Of a stretch of DNA of 64,000 bases, positions 1 through 11,613 are shown one piece after another. Each line of letters starts with the position of its first letter. Position 1 is the first letter of the stretch. The DNA comes from an uncultured Clostridia bacterium. Lineage in GTDB: Bacteria > Bacillota > Clostridia > TANB77 > CAG-508. Location of the stretch: positions 59,217 to 123,216 of the forward strand of contig CAKOVK010000001.1 of NCBI GenBank assembly GCA_934121925.1. Direction: 5' to 3'. The position numbers were made by a program, and so were the translations under genes. The notes below the pieces were generated by a model. That model ran no database searches. It was not told the origin of the DNA and saw only the letters and a program-made list of their open reading frames with translations.

Positions 1-250
1 TTACAACATTACATATGTTTTGAAAACATATTGTATTTTCTATATCCCCTATTATTTCTATATTTCTTTCCCCTTTAAAAAAGTTTTTCAATTTATATCC
101 GACAAGTGGTCCAAAGCAATCTCCTATTACTCTATTCGTTCCAACACATAAAAACACAAGTTTCGATATTTCTATATCTTGAATTTTTTGTCTTAAATTA
201 TTGCTAAAATCACATACGAAATTGTTATAGATTTCTTCATTAAAAACCAT
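1..250 (-). CDS. yyaC: Sporulation protein YyaC-like, N-terminal part; the ORF runs off the left edge of the window.
   Basis: Reverse-strand translation from the ATG at 248-250 gives MVFNEEIYNN...LVFLCVGTNRVIGDCFGPLVGYKL. This contains the YyaC-family 'LCIGTDRxxGDxxGPLVG' motif. There is no stop codon before position 1. Confidence 0.55.
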   Translation of the reverse strand, partial: MVFNEEIYNNFVCDFSNNLRQKIQDIEISKLVFLCVGTNRVIGDCFGPLVGYKLKNFFKGERNIEIIGDIENTICFQNICNVV

Positions 251-294
251 ACTTACTCCTATTAGTTAGATAAATTGGAATTTGTTTTATTGAC

Positions 295-381
295 GTGTGA
301 AGTGTGATGTGAGAGGTGTAATTCGTAGGGGCGTATTGCATACGCCCCTACGAATCCAACTTTCCACCTCACACTTCACAC
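295..381. repeat. Near-perfect ~87-bp palindrome: GTGTGAAGTGTGATGTGAGAGGTG..ATTCGTAGGGGCGTA-ttgca-TACGCCCCTACGAAT..CACCTCACACTTCACAC.
   Basis: Inverted repeat read directly from the sequence. Its right half, GCCCCTACGAATCCAACTT-CACCTCACAC, recurs at 45978-46008 and partly at 7437-7470. Confidence 0.7.
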
Positions 382-412
382 TTCGCAAAATTTCCAATTT
401 GCTTATCTAATT

Positions 413-685
413 TTATGTGTAATTATCTTTATTATGACCTGGTGCAATAACTATATTTACACTTTCTATTCTGTTGTACTTTTTTATAATATCTTCTGAA
501 AAGCTTGCTACTTCGTTTGAAACTACAATAGTTGTATAGTTTTTGTCTACTAGTTCTCTTATTTTTTCATCTGTTTTTTCTAAATCATTTATTTTATATA
601 CATCCATTCCAAAACTTTCAAATATCTTAAAACTTTTTCTATCATTTGATGCTTTTAACCAAGAAATCCTCATATAAATCACCAT
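413..685 (-). CDS. Small protein resembling V-type ATPase subunit F (ATP-synt_F fold), present as an orphan.
   Basis: 90-aa ORF. The pattern FKIFESFGMDV...YTTIVVSNEVAS...VNIVIAPGH resembles NtpG/AtpF (FRLFGFDV...VIYITEQ...IILIPSH). No other V-ATPase genes are nearby. Confidence 0.35.
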   Translation of the reverse strand: MVIYMRISWLKASNDRKSFKIFESFGMDVYKINDLEKTDEKIRELVDKNYTTIVVSNEVASFSEDIIKKYNRIESVNIVIAPGHNKDNYT

Positions 686-791
686 ATTTATTTTGGCTTT
701 TTTTATTATAATTATTCTTTTTAGTATTAGTAACTATTATAGCATTTGCCTTAATTATAGTTTTGTCTATAATTATTAGCAAATAAAGCAA

Positions 792-833
792 AATCACATC
801 TCTGCTCGCTATTAGAGATGTGATTTTTTATTC
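792..833. terminator. Hairpin AATCACATCTCT..AGAGATGTGATT followed by a T-run.
   Basis: Inverted repeat plus TTTTTTATT, lying between the 413..685 ORF and the U32 peptidase gene. Confidence 0.4.
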
Positions 834-923
834 ACTAACTGATGACAACCACATTTTTGTGGCTTCCTATTTCTTTTTTATTATACCATAAATTTATCTT
901 TTGTAAATACTTTTTGACAAGTT

Positions 924-3284
924 TTAAATCTCTCTATTCAAGTTTCCATTTGTGTAATCTTGTCCTTCTAGTCTTTCTCCTCTTTTTTGTATATCTATAA
1001 TTCTTTGGATTTCTTCCCTTGTTTCTTCTAATATATCTATTTTTATTGAGTCTGTTTGTAAGTCTTTATAGCTTATCGATGTTATTTTTGAATTGTATAT
1101 TAAATTGTTGCAATTTATTCTGTCTGTATATATCGGAAATTCAAATCCCATTCTATCTTTTAAAGTATATCTTCCTTTTTGACACATTGCAGGACAATTC
1201 TTTAGTGTCCCTATTGTACAATATTCTGTTGTCATTAATAAAGTTCTTCCATATACTATTGTTTCTTTTTCTATGTTTTCTGTTAATCCTCTTATTGTTT
1301 CTTTTTCAGCTTCTGGGGGTACTATATATTTACAAACTCCAAGTTTTTTTAGTTCTTCTACTGTAAAATTATTTTCTATGTTCATTGTATAATTTGCAAC
1401 TAGCTTTTTGCCATTTATTCCAAGCTTTTCTAGTTCATATATCTGAGATAAATTTGATATAACTATACCTTCTACTCTTTCTGCTATTTTAGGCAAATTG
1501 TTATACAATAGTTTTTCATAATTTGATTTTGTTATAGCTGGAAGTAGTATATATGTACTAAATTTTTTAGATATATTTTCTATGTTTTCTTTTAAATCTT
1601 CTTCTAAAAAGTATTTAAATGGTATATACACATTGTCTACATTTTTTAGACTAGCATAATCAATTTCCTTACTAATTTTATTCAAACATAATGTAACTTT
1701 TACTTCTTCTTTTGGTATAAATTTTTCTTCTTTAACGTCTAATTTTAGATTAACTTGCTCTCTTTTAAATGTTTCTAATAGTTTATGTTCTAGCTCTTCT
1801 AGTCCTCTTCTTCTTATTTCATTTAAGCTACTTATTGGAACAATTATACTTTCATCCATTTTTATATTAATATTTTCAATTTTAAAAATCGTATTTCCTG
1901 TTTTATATAATTGCTCTTCAATTCTTTTACTAGTTATTCCTGCATTATCTGCTTTTTTTACAACAGATTCTCCTTCTAACTTTACACTTATATTTGTATC
2001 TATATCTTGTAGTTCTAGTTTTATAACTTCATCTTGTTTTAACTCTATATTGCAATTTACTTTTCTTTTTATATTTTCTTTGCCTATTTTTTGATCCATT
2101 TCTTGGTTTAGTTTTATAGATACAGTTTTATACACTTTATCTTTTGGCTTTATTTTTCCTTTTATTCTACCTATTGTTACTATATCATTTGCTTTTGCCA
2201 TTTTTATATTATTATTTTTTTGCATAAGCTCTGAAATTTTACAACTTGAATCTCCAATTGCTATACTGTCTCCTAAATCCAGCTCTTTGCATAATTTTAT
2301 TTTTACATGTCCCTTATTTGGATTATATGATATTATTTCTCCTAAAAGAGTTCCTATATGGTTTGGTCTTTTGGTATACATCATATTTTTGCCAAGTTTT
2401 CCTTTAAGATATCCTGTGCTGAATCCACCTCTATTAAATATTTGCATTAGCATTTCTCTATCTTTTTCATCAACCACATATTCTTCATTACTTTCTGCTA
2501 AATCAATGTATTTTCTATAAATGCTTGTTACTATTCCAACATATTCCTTTGATTTCATTCTGCCTTCTATTTTAAATGATTTTACTCCTGCTTCTATTAG
2601 TTCTGGTAAAATATCTAATGTACATACATCTTTCGAGCTTAAAAGATATCCTTTTTCTTTCTCTTGTCCATCTTTTAATAAGGAATATGGTAGTCTACAA
2701 GTTCCTGCACATTTGCCTCTGTTGCCACTTCTTCCACCAATTAAACTGCTCATTAGGCATTGTCCTGAATAGCAAATACAAAGCGCACCATGAATAAATA
2801 CCTCTATTTCTATATTGGTATTTTTACATATATTTTTTATTTCTTCTATTGAAAGTTCACGAGCAAGCACACATCTTGAATAACCTAGTTTTTCTATCTC
2901 TTTTACTCCATCTAGATTATATATTGTCATTTGAGTACTGCTATGAACTTCAAGCTTTGGAAATAGTTCCATTATTTTTTTAGCTAGGCCTAAATCTTGC
3001 ACAATTACTGCATCTATTCCACTATTGTATGCAAATTCTACTAGTTTTAAGGCTTCTTCAAATTCCTTGTTTTTTATTAATATATTTAATGTTAAGTGTG
3101 TTTTTACATTGCGAAGTTTTGCATATTTAATTGCCTTTACTAGCTCTTCATCTTCAAAATTTCTACCATTAACTCTTGCATTAAATTTATCTAGTCCAAA
3201 ATATACTGCATTTGCTCCATTTTGTACTGCTGAAACCAAGCACTCAAAGTCCCCTGCTGGTGATAATAACTCTATATTACTCAT
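924..3284 (-). CDS. Peptidase U32 family (collagenase-like PrtC/YhbU), long form with C-terminal domain.
   Basis: 786-aa ORF. N-terminus [30 protein letters not shown] and the ...[17 protein letters not shown]... motif are typical of U32 peptidases. Confidence 0.85.
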   Translation of the reverse strand: MSNIELLSPAGDFECLVSAVQNGANAVYFGLDKFNARVNGRNFEDEELVKAIKYAKLRNVKTHLTLNILIKNKEFEEALKLVEFAYNSGIDAVIVQDLGLAKKIMELFPKLEVHSSTQMTIYNLDGVKEIEKLGYSRCVLARELSIEEIKNICKNTNIEIEVFIHGALCICYSGQCLMSSLIGGRSGNRGKCAGTCRLPYSLLKDGQEKEKGYLLSSKDVCTLDILPELIEAGVKSFKIEGRMKSKEYVGIVTSIYRKYIDLAESNEEYVVDEKDREMLMQIFNRGGFSTGYLKGKLGKNMMYTKRPNHIGTLLGEIISYNPNKGHVKIKLCKELDLGDSIAIGDSSCKISELMQKNNNIKMAKANDIVTIGRIKGKIKPKDKVYKTVSIKLNQEMDQKIGKENIKRKVNCNIELKQDEVIKLELQDIDTNISVKLEGESVVKKADNAGITSKRIEEQLYKTGNTIFKIENINIKMDESIIVPISSLNEIRRRGLEELEHKLLETFKREQVNLKLDVKEEKFIPKEEVKVTLCLNKISKEIDYASLKNVDNVYIPFKYFLEEDLKENIENISKKFSTYILLPAITKSNYEKLLYNNLPKIAERVEGIVISNLSQIYELEKLGINGKKLVANYTMNIENNFTVEELKKLGVCKYIVPPEAEKETIRGLTENIEKETIVYGRTLLMTTEYCTIGTLKNCPAMCQKGRYTLKDRMGFEFPIYTDRINCNNLIYNSKITSISYKDLQTDSIKIDILEETREEIQRIIDIQKRGERLEGQDYTNGNLNREI

Positions 3285-5690
3285 TTATTTCGTATCCTAC
3301 TTCTTCTATTTTTTTCTTTAATACTTCATTATCTATATCCTTCGATAACTCTAAATCTACTCTTCCTGTTTTTAAGTCTACCTCTACATTATTTACTTCT
3401 TCTAATGTTAGTAATTCTTTTTTTACCGCATTTGAACAATGTTCACATTGCATTCCTTTTACATATATTGTTTTTGTCATATTTTTCACCTCTTTTTTTA
3501 TTTTAAATTTTCTTAATGTTAGTGCATTTGTTACAACACATATTGAACTTAAACTCATTGCTAATGCTGCTATCATTGGGTTTAGCAATATTCCAAGTGA
3601 TTTATATAGTACTCCACATGCAAGTGGAATTCCAATAGTGTTATAGAAAAATGCCCAAAACAAATTCATTTTTATATTTTTTATAACTGCTTTACTTAAC
3701 CTTAATAAGTATACTACATCTGTCAAATTGCTTTTTATTAGAACAACATCTGCAGATTCTATTGCAATATCTGTTCCCGCGCCAATTGCTATTCCTACGT
3801 TTGCTCTTGAAAGTGCTGGTGAATCATTTATTCCGGTCACCTATCATTGCAACAATTTTACCTTGTTCTTGCAAACTACGAACTTTACTTTCTTTTTCTT
3901 GTGGTAAAACTTCCGAAATAATATTATCTATTCCTACCATTTTTCCAATTGCTTGTGCTGATGTTTTATTATCTCCTGTTAGCATATATGTTTCTATTTT
4001 CATATCTTTAAAGCCATTTATTGCTTCTATGCTTGTTTGTTTTACAGTATCTGATATTGCAATAATTCCTAGTAATTTTTCATCATCTGATACAAATATT
4101 ACTGTTTTAGCTTGTTCATATAATTTTTGATATATGCCTTCTGCCTCTGATAGTTTAATATTATTTTCTTTCATCAAACTTTCATTTCCAGCAAAATAGG
4201 TATTGTTATTTATGCTTGCTTTTATTCCTTTTCCTTCAATTGCTTCAAAATTTTGTGCTTCTGAAATCTCAATTTCTTTTGTTTTTTCTAATATAGCTTT
4301 TGCTATTGGGTGTTCAGATTTTGATTCTATTGCTCCTACTATTTTTAGTAATTCGCCCTCTTGCATATTGTTAAATGCAAATATGTCATTTACTTGTGGT
4401 TTTCCTACTGTTATTGTTCCTGTCTTATCTAAAACTATTGCATTTATTGAATGCGCAAGTTCTAAGCTTTCTGCTGATTTTATTAATATTCCATTTTCAG
4501 CAGCTTTTCCTGTACCTACCATAATAGAAACAGGCGTAGCAAGTCCTAAAGCACAAGGACAAGATATTACTAAAACTGAGATTCCAATAGAAAGTGCAAA
4601 TTCAAATGGATATCCTAATAGTATCCAAATAATTGTAGCAATTACTGCAATCGTAATTACAATTGGTACAAACACCCCGACTTACTTTATCTGCTAATCT
4701 TCCAATTGGTGCTTTTGAGGCACTTGCCTCTTCCACTAATTTTATTATTTGCGATATTGTTGTATCTTCTCCTACTTTTTCTGCTCTAAATTCTATTGCT
4801 CCATTTTTGTTAATACTTCCAGAAATTACTTTACTTCCAATTTCTTTTTTTACTGGTATATGTTCTCCTGTAATTGTTGACTCATCTATATATGTTTGTC
4901 CTTTCACTATTACTCCATCTACTGCAATAGTTTCCCCTGGTTTTACAACAATTATATCTCCAACTTTTACTTCTTCTATAGGTATTTCTATTTCTTTTTG
5001 CTCTCTTAAAATTGTAACTTTTTTAGGAGTTAAATCTAATAATTTATTAATTGCATTTGAAGTTTTATCCTTTGCTTTTGTTTCTAAGTATTTTCCAAAA
5101 GTTATTAATGTTAATATCATTCCAGCAGATTCAAAATACAAGTTCATTGCATAACTACTTTCTCCCTGCCCTATTTTATATATTGCAAAAATTCCATATA
5201 CAATTGAAGCAAATGAACCTATTGCAATTAGTGAATCCATATTGGGGGCTCTTTTTATTAATGCTTTAAAGCCTGAAGTATAATATTTTCTATTTACATA
5301 CACTATTGGTGTAATTAATATTAATTGTACAAGACTAAATAGGACTAAATTTTTATGGAATATATGTGGTAATGGTAATCCTGCCATATGTCCCATTGCA
5401 ACATACATAAGTGGAATTAGAAATGCAAAGGATATTATAACTCTATGTTTCATTTTATCTAGGTTACTTTTATTTTGTCCTCCTTTTGTATTTGCATCAT
5501 ATCCTATACTTTGTACTGCTTTTATAATCTCTTGTTCTGTAATTATTTTTTTGTCAAAGTCTACTATCATATTGTTATTTATTAAACTAACATTTACACT
5601 ATTCACGCCTTTTTGTTTTGAGACTATTTTTTCTATATGATTGCTACATGCACTACATAACATGCCAATTACATTAAACTTTACTTTCAA
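3277..5690 (-). CDS. copA: Copper-translocating P-type ATPase CopA, with N-terminal and C-terminal HMA domains. The frame is interrupted twice at in-frame CGG codons (plus-strand ccg at 4677-4679 and 3833-3835).
   Basis: Three consecutive ORFs carry ordered CopA motifs: [19 protein letters not shown]; ...ADKVS|(G)VFVPIVI; DKTGTIT; ...IVAMIGD|GINDSPAL; C-terminal HMA MQCEHC. Removing the C of each CGG restores ADKVSGVFVP and [10 protein letters not shown]. Confidence 0.8.
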
Positions 5691-5887
5691 CTTTTTCCTC
5701 CAGTTTACTTTTATTATTAACTAATTTTATATTTTCTATGAATCAATGTCAATTATATAAATTATATTTTTGCACTTGCTACTCATTGTTTCAATAGCAA
5801 AATATTATTTTAACATTTACTTTTAAAAAAAAATATAATATAATTATATTATACTTTATATAATTTTTTCAGAAAGGATGTTGTAAT

Positions 5888-6208
5888 ATGAATCGGATTA
5901 AGCATAAGCATAAGCATGAGCATAGTTGTTTAGTCGGTAGTGTTGGAACGCTTACCATAGACAGCTTATTTCAGTCCTTTACGATTTCAGATTTATGTGA
6001 GAATTCTGAAGTAACTGTTATTTATAAAAAGAACAGTATATTTGCAAAGTTTCTCCATGCTCTTGAAATTGCAGGCATTTGTTCAGGTAACGAAATTTGC
6101 TATATTGTTGATAATGACTCTACAATATTTGCAATAGGTTCTGCAGGAACTAACCTTTGGATCTGTTTACGTGACCTTTCAGTATCTGGACTTTCCGATA
6201 TCTTATAA
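5888..6208 (+). CDS. Hypothetical His-rich small protein (MNRIKHKHKHEHSC...). It is locally GC-richer than its surroundings.
   Basis: 106-aa ORF with RBS AAAGGA 9 nt upstream, followed by a strong terminator. It has many C-ending codons and no recognisable family. Codon 3 is an in-frame CGG. Confidence 0.35.
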   Translation: MNRIKHKHKHEHSCLVGSVGTLTIDSLFQSFTISDLCENSEVTVIYKKNSIFAKFLHALEIAGICSGNEICYIVDNDSTIFAIGSAGTNLWICLRDLSVSGLSDIL

Positions 6209-6214
6209 CACAGC

Positions 6215-6253
6215 ACAGATATGATTCTAAACTAGAATCATATCTGTATTTTT
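6215..6253 (+). terminator. Rho-independent terminator: ACAGATATGATTCTAAACTAGAATCATATCTGT followed by ATTTTT.
   Basis: Perfect 14-bp stem plus T-tract immediately after the 5888..6208 ORF. Confidence 0.65.
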
Positions 6254-6484
6254 ATATAGTAGAAAATTTATCATTTTCTACTAGTTTTATTTTATTATAT
6301 CTATTTGAAATAACTTATGATTTATGATATATTTTATTTATTGGGAAATTTTTCATTTTCTAGTATATAAAATATGCTATGATTACTATTACCTTTGAGA
6401 TTTTCTCTTTTCATTCGTGGACCCAAATTAAATAGAACAAAGGGCAATTTAAATCTCTTTGTTTCAAGAGAAAGAAGGGCTTTT

Positions 6485-7222
6485 ATGAATCTTGATATTT
6501 ATTCTCACAATTTAACAATAAATTATTCTGATGTTGATGAAAACAATCAAGTGACTAATAGAGGATTATTACGTTTATTGCAAGAAGTAGCTGGAATTCA
6601 CTGTGGACTTTTAGGTTATGGAGTAAATGATACTCCTAAAACTGGTCTTGCATGGATTCTTTTAAATTGGAAACTTAAAGTTTTTGCTCGTCCTAAAACT
6701 AATACTAATCTTTTAATAAAAACTTGGACTAGAAAGAAAACTCCTCTATTTATATATAGAGATTTTGAAGTTTATGATAACGATTATAATCTTGTTGCAA
6801 TTGCAAGTTCTAAATGGGTTTTATTTAATGTAAATACTAAATCTATTAGTAGAGTTACAGATGGAGTAAATGAAAAATACATTCAAGTTAATAAAGAAGT
6901 TTTCCCTGAAAAATTTGAAGAAAAGCTAAAAGAACCATTAAACTCTAAATTTGTTTTGAATTATGCTGTTCAAAGAAGAGATATTGATACAAATCATCAT
7001 GTAAATAATTTATATTATTTGGATTATGCATATGAAGCCTTGCCTTTGGAAGTATTTAAGAATAATAAATTTTCAAATGTAGAAATTATGTATAAGCACC
7101 AGGCCACTCTTGGTGACGCACTTAGCCTTTTCTGTTCTCATGCAGGCAATAATGAATATATAATTTCTATTAAGGATAAATTAGATGGTAAGTTGCATGC
7201 TGTTGTCAAATTATATGAATAG
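6485..7222 (+). CDS. Acyl-ACP thioesterase.
   Basis: MNLDIYSHNLTINYSDVDENNQVTNRGLLRLLQEVAGIHCGLLGYG...AWILLNWKLKV matches the acyl-ACP thioesterase (FatA/B-like) hotdog family. The TTG at 6395 proposed by the ORF finder is probably not the start. Confidence 0.8.
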   Translation: MNLDIYSHNLTINYSDVDENNQVTNRGLLRLLQEVAGIHCGLLGYGVNDTPKTGLAWILLNWKLKVFARPKTNTNLLIKTWTRKKTPLFIYRDFEVYDNDYNLVAIASSKWVLFNVNTKSISRVTDGVNEKYIQVNKEVFPEKFEEKLKEPLNSKFVLNYAVQRRDIDTNHHVNNLYYLDYAYEALPLEVFKNNKFSNVEIMYKHQATLGDALSLFCSHAGNNEYIISIKDKLDGKLHAVVKLYE

Positions 7223-7267
7223 TATTTATAAAACCTTTTTCTTTAACTCAAGAAGAAGGTTTTATCT

Positions 7268-7414
7268 TTATTTTTTCTTTCCGCAATTGCACCCTTCTCG
7301 TTTATATACACATTTTGAACATACATCTTTATCTTTTTTTATAAAATTAAAATATGCTATTACGCCTAATGCTCCTAAAACAACTGCTAAAATAATAAAA
7401 TCTACAAAATTCAT
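7268..7414 (-). CDS. FeoB-associated Cys-rich small membrane protein.
   Basis: MNFVDFIILAVVLGALGVIAYF...CSKCVYKREGCNCGKKK has one TM helix plus a Cys-rich tail, immediately downstream of feoB. Confidence 0.55.
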   Translation of the reverse strand: MNFVDFIILAVVLGALGVIAYFNFIKKDKDVCSKCVYKREGCNCGKKK

Positions 7415-7467
7415 AAAACCTCTCCTTATTCTTTCACACTTCCCACATAGCACTGCACACTTCAATT

Positions 7468-9442
7468 TTACAAATTACCAATAAATGTTCCTACATTAAA
7501 TACTATACTAGCCAAAATCCAGGCTAACCCTGTTTGAAAAGCTATTGCTTTAAACATTTTTTTAGTTGTACCAAATTCTCTTCTCATCGCTCCTATTGCT
7601 CCAAAACATGGTGCACTAAATAAATTGAATACCATATATGCATATGCACTTGCAGGAGTAAAGAAATTAAATGCTACTGATTTAAATAATAAGACTCCCT
7701 CTTCTACTTCTTCACTTAATCCTGCTATTATATTCATTGATGATATTACTTGTTCTTTTGCAACTAATCCTTGCACGGCTGATACAGACGCTTCCCAACT
7801 AAAAGTTCCAAGTATTGGGTAAAATATCCATGAAATTGCATTTCCTATGCTTGCTAGGATGCTATCTTTTATTTCCACTCCATATTCTAATTTCCAAGAG
7901 AATGATAGTAAAAACCAAATTATTACTGAACAAAATAGTATTATTGTTCCTGCTCTTTTTATAAATTCTTTTACTTTATCAAATACATCCCTTGCTACAT
8001 ATTTTACACTTGGCAATTTATACTCTGGGAGTTCAGATATAAATGCTGTACCACTATCTTTCATAAATAACTTTTTAATAATAATAGCAGATATTAAAAT
8101 TATTGCTATTGCAAAAAAGTATAATGATGCAGAAACAAGTCCAGATTTATCTGCAAAAAAGTATCCTGTAAACATTGCAATTATTGGCAATTTTGCACTA
8201 CATGGTATAAATGGTGTTAGCATTATAGATAGTTCTCTTTCTTTGCTATCTTTTATTATTCTTGTTGACATTATTGCAGGCACACTACATCCGAAGTCCA
8301 ACTATGAATGGCACTAAAGTTTCTCCGCTTAATCCAAATTTTTTAAACAACTTGTCTAATAAAAATGTTACTCTAGACATATATCCAGTAGTTTCTAATA
8401 TTGATATGCAAAGGAATAATATAATTAACTGTGGTACAAAACCTAAAACCGCTCCTACTCCTGCAATTATTCCATCTACCACTAAGCTTGTTGACCATGC
8501 TGACGCACCTAAATTTGTTAAGCCTTCTCTTACAATTTCTCCAAAGGTTTCTGCTAATCCTGAAATCCAATCAACTGTAAAGCTTCCAACAACCCCTACT
8601 GATAAATAATAGACTAAAAACATTATCACTACAAATATAGGAAATGCTAAAAATTTATTTAAAAATATTTTATCTAATTTATCTGACATAGTTTCTTTTA
8701 TTGGTGTTATTGTTGTTGATTTATTTTTTATCTTAACTATGTACTCATACCTAGCATTTGCAATAATTTCTTCTATGTCCATTTTATATATCTCTTCAAG
8801 TTTTTGTCTACTGTTTTTTACACTTCCTTTTTGATAGTTTTTATATAGCTTATCATTTTCTAATATCTTTATTGCCATAAATCTATTTACTTTTAATTCA
8901 TTTTCTATATTAATTATTTCATTTTCTATATCCGACTTAAATATTTCTTTACTTCTAACTTTTTGCTTATTATATTTTTTTATTGCGTTTTTTAGTTCCT
9001 CTATTCCAGTTGCTTTTAATGCAGATATAATTACAACATCTGTTCCTATTTCCTTTGCTAGTTTTTCTTTATCTATATGTATTCCTTTTTTCTCTAATCT
9101 ATCTGCCATATTAAGTGCTATTATAACCTTTGTATCTAATTCCATAAGCTGTGTAGTAAGATATAAGCTTCTTTCTATTGATGTAGCATCTACTATATTT
9201 ATTATTATGTCTGGCTTATCTTCTAACACAAATTTTCTTGAAACCTCTTCTTCTACTGTATATGGACTAAGTGAATAAATTCCTGGTAAATCTACTAGGT
9301 CATCTCCTAGGTCTTTTATTTTCCCTACTTTTCTTTCTATTGTTACACCTGGCCAATTTCCTATTTTTTGATTTGTTCCAGTAAGTAAATTAAAAAGTGT
9401 GGTTTTACCACTGTTTTGATTTCCTACTAATGCAATTTTCAT
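7468..9442 (-). CDS. feoB: Ferrous iron transporter FeoB. The frame is interrupted at an in-frame CGG (plus-strand ccg 8291-8293).
   Basis: The N-terminal G-domain MKIALVGNQNSGKTTLFN...GETLVPFIVGL continues after skipping one C as GCSVPAIMSTRII... This matches the canonical ...GFGCNVPAIMATR... Confidence 0.8.
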
Positions 9443-9690
9443 TATAGTACCTCCACATCAATGTTTTTCATTTCCTCTTTTCTAATGCAGAGTTCATAGC
9501 CTCTAAGTTCTATATCAACAGGATCTCCCATTGGTGCGATTTTTTTAATTAAAATTTCTGTTCCTTTTGTTATTCCCATATCTAATAAATGTCTTCTTAC
9601 TTCTGGTTTGTCCAAATGCAAACCTAAAACTCTTGCTCTTTGTCCTATTTTTAAATTACTTAACTGTGTGTGTTCTCCTTTTTTTAACAT
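9442..9690 (-). CDS. feoA: FeoA.
   Basis: 82-aa SH3-like FeoA (…KIGQRARVLGL…ELRGYELCIRKEEM) directly upstream of feoB. Confidence 0.8.
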   Translation of the reverse strand: MLKKGEHTQLSNLKIGQRARVLGLHLDKPEVRRHLLDMGITKGTEILIKKIAPMGDPVDIELRGYELCIRKEEMKNIDVEVL

Positions 9691-9793
9691 TTTGTATTCT
9701 CCTTTGTATAATTACTAAATTATTTCATATTAGATTATATTACCCATTCGGACAAGTATGATTATTTTTCAAAAAAAATAAAGGGATTTCCCT

Positions 9794-10507
9794 TTACTTT
9801 TTTATTTTTATTAATAACTTTTCTATCCAGCCTTTTTTATACTTTAATGATATATATCCAATTGTTGACATTGTAAAAGCTCCTATACAATCTACTATCA
9901 GGTCTTCCATTGTATCTTTTAAGGCTTCTCTTCCCATAAGGGCAGTTCCGTTTTCTAATGCAAATTTTTGCATGTTTAGTCCTAATATTCCGTCAAATGT
10001 AAACTCATATATTTCCCATATTACACCAAGTGACACTGCAAAAGCAAAAGCAAATATTGCAACAAATATTGGTGCTAATTCTACATGCACTTTTTCATGT
10101 TTATTTAAAATATTAATAAAAGAAAATCCTAATGCTCCTAGCATTGCACCACTACAAGTATGAAGTATAGTATCCCAATGTGGCACTCTATAATAAAAAT
10201 TTCTTACCTCTCCTAAAAATACGGCTCCCCACAAAAATAGTACGTACACAATATACATATTTGTTGGTATTACTATTTTTAATTTTTTTGATAACATGTT
10301 AGGCAAGAAAAATGCAATCACACCTAGCACACATTGAGTAAGCATTAGTATGTAGTCTGTTTTTACTCTCACACCTTCTATCTGTTCTACATTTGTAGTT
10401 GGAGAAACAATAATTTTATAAATTATAAATGCAATTGGAGCTATAAAGCTTATAAGTACAATTATTCCTATTATTGATTTCCAATCTCTTTTTTCTTTAT
10501 TTTTCAT
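9794..10507 (-). CDS. Multi-pass membrane protein, possibly DUF2238/YjdF-like.
   Basis: 237 aa with several hydrophobic helices. An intrinsic terminator (AAAGGGAAATCCCTTT plus T-run) follows at 9762-9790. Confidence 0.45.
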   Translation of the reverse strand: MKNKEKRDWKSIIGIIVLISFIAPIAFIIYKIIVSPTTNVEQIEGVRVKTDYILMLTQCVLGVIAFFLPNMLSKKLKIVIPTNMYIVYVLFLWGAVFLGEVRNFYYRVPHWDTILHTCSGAMLGALGFSFINILNKHEKVHVELAPIFVAIFAFAFAVSLGVIWEIYEFTFDGILGLNMQKFALENGTALMGREALKDTMEDLIVDCIGAFTMSTIGYISLKYKKGWIEKLLIKIKK

Positions 10508-10542
10508 TTATTCCCCCTTAATCTATTATATGTATATTTTTA

Positions 10543-11070
10543 TTAAATATCATAAATGTATGTTGCTTCTAAATCCGCTTCATGAGTATATAATGCAAGA
10601 GGATATTTTTTATATGCTTGTCCTATTGTTCCGTATAATTCCTTTGGTTCTGTAAATCCCATATGCCATCTTATTGCATATTTTTCTTCTGGTGTTAGTT
10701 TTATAAATTCGCTAATCATCATTACAGATTTTTCTCCATGTCCATAAGGAATAGTATCTTCTATTGTATAATATGGCACTTGTTCCCATACTCCATTATT
10801 TTTTACATTTCTAAAGTCTGTTTTATAGAAATTTGTCTTACATATATCATGTAATAATGCAACAATTTTAGTAGAATCATTGTCTTCTACTTTTGTTTTT
10901 AATATTTCATATACTTTCATACTATGTTCAAGCAATCCACCTTTAAAGTTTCCGTGATATCTTGTACTTGCTGGTGCTTCAAAAAAGTCTGAATTTTCTA
11001 AAAATTCTATTAATTTATCTATTCCTTCTCTGTTTGTTTCTTTTAATAATTTTATAAATTCTTCTTTCAT
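10543..11070 (-). CDS. HD-domain phosphohydrolase.
   Basis: ...STRYHGNFKGGLLEHSMKV...ALLHDICK... carries the H...HD metal-binding signature. Confidence 0.7.
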   Translation of the reverse strand: MKEEFIKLLKETNREGIDKLIEFLENSDFFEAPASTRYHGNFKGGLLEHSMKVYEILKTKVEDNDSTKIVALLHDICKTNFYKTDFRNVKNNGVWEQVPYYTIEDTIPYGHGEKSVMMISEFIKLTPEEKYAIRWHMGFTEPKELYGTIGQAYKKYPLALYTHEADLEATYIYDI

Positions 11071-11073
11071 ATT

Positions 11074-11472
11074 CTACTCCTTACCTTCCTCTTTTTTTAA
11101 TAAATCTCTTATTTCTTCTAATAGTAAAACTTCATCGGATTTTTTTGGTTCTTCTACTGTTTCTTCTTCTTTTTCTTTATGTATTTTGCTCATGAATCTA
11201 TTTACAATTCTTACTAGCATAAATATACAAAATGCTATTATTAAAAAATCTAATACATTTTGAATAAAGCTTCCATACTTAATTTCTGCATTCCCTATCT
11301 TTAAAGTTAATCCAGTAAAATCAATCCCTCCTATTATAACTCCAATTACTGGCATTATAATATCTCCAACTAATGATGTTACTATTTTACCAAATGCTCC
11401 GCCAATTATTACACCTACTGCTAAATCCATTACATTGCCTTTTGCTATAAATTCTTTGAATTCTTTTAACAT
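11074..11472 (-). CDS. mscL: Large-conductance mechanosensitive channel MscL.
   Basis: [31 protein letters not shown] is the typical MscL N-terminus. Confidence 0.85.
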   Translation of the reverse strand: MLKEFKEFIAKGNVMDLAVGVIIGGAFGKIVTSLVGDIIMPVIGVIIGGIDFTGLTLKIGNAEIKYGSFIQNVLDFLIIAFCIFMLVRIVNRFMSKIHKEKEEETVEEPKKSDEVLLLEEIRDLLKKEEGKE

Positions 11473-11613
11473 ATTTATTTCTCCTTTTATTTTTTATTAA
11501 TTTTGAGGTTTTCTCATTATAATTGAAAAGCTCAAATAATTATGTTTAATACATTGCTTCATTATACCAGTATTTTTATATCAAATTTAGTTGTATTTTG
11601 TCAATGAAAAAAC

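Noticed and set aside
295-381. tRNA-like GTTCGAATCC-type motif (CTACGAATCCAAC) in the palindromic repeats.
   Set aside because: No cloverleaf can be drawn. The motif is part of a perfect long hairpin repeated in MITE copies. No tRNA or rRNA genes were recognised in the window.
1019-3646. Plus-strand ORFs of 73-144 aa (for example 1019..1366, 2287..2520, 2521..2772, 3025..3321, 3212..3646) overlapping the U32 peptidase and copA genes.
   Set aside because: Low-complexity Leu/Phe/Ser-rich translations of the antisense strand of well-supported genes, with no RBS and no homology. Likewise for the other antisense ORFs in the track, such as 4203..4697, 16382..16786, 25226..25720 and 53846..54433.
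6395-6484. TTG-initiated 30-aa N-terminal extension of the thioesterase (MRFSLFIRGPK...).
   Set aside because: Not conserved in acyl-ACP thioesterases. The ATG at 6485 gives the canonical ~245-aa protein.
7415-7465. Longer form of the feoB-associated Cys-rich ORF (MKCAVLCGKCERIRRGF...).
   Set aside because: The extension is the antisense of a palindromic repeat fragment. The family normally starts at the TM segment (MNFVDF...).
9691-9793. Possible Fur box upstream of feoA (AAAAATAATCATAC).
   Set aside because: Only a partial half-site match to the 7-1-7 Fur consensus; too weak to call.
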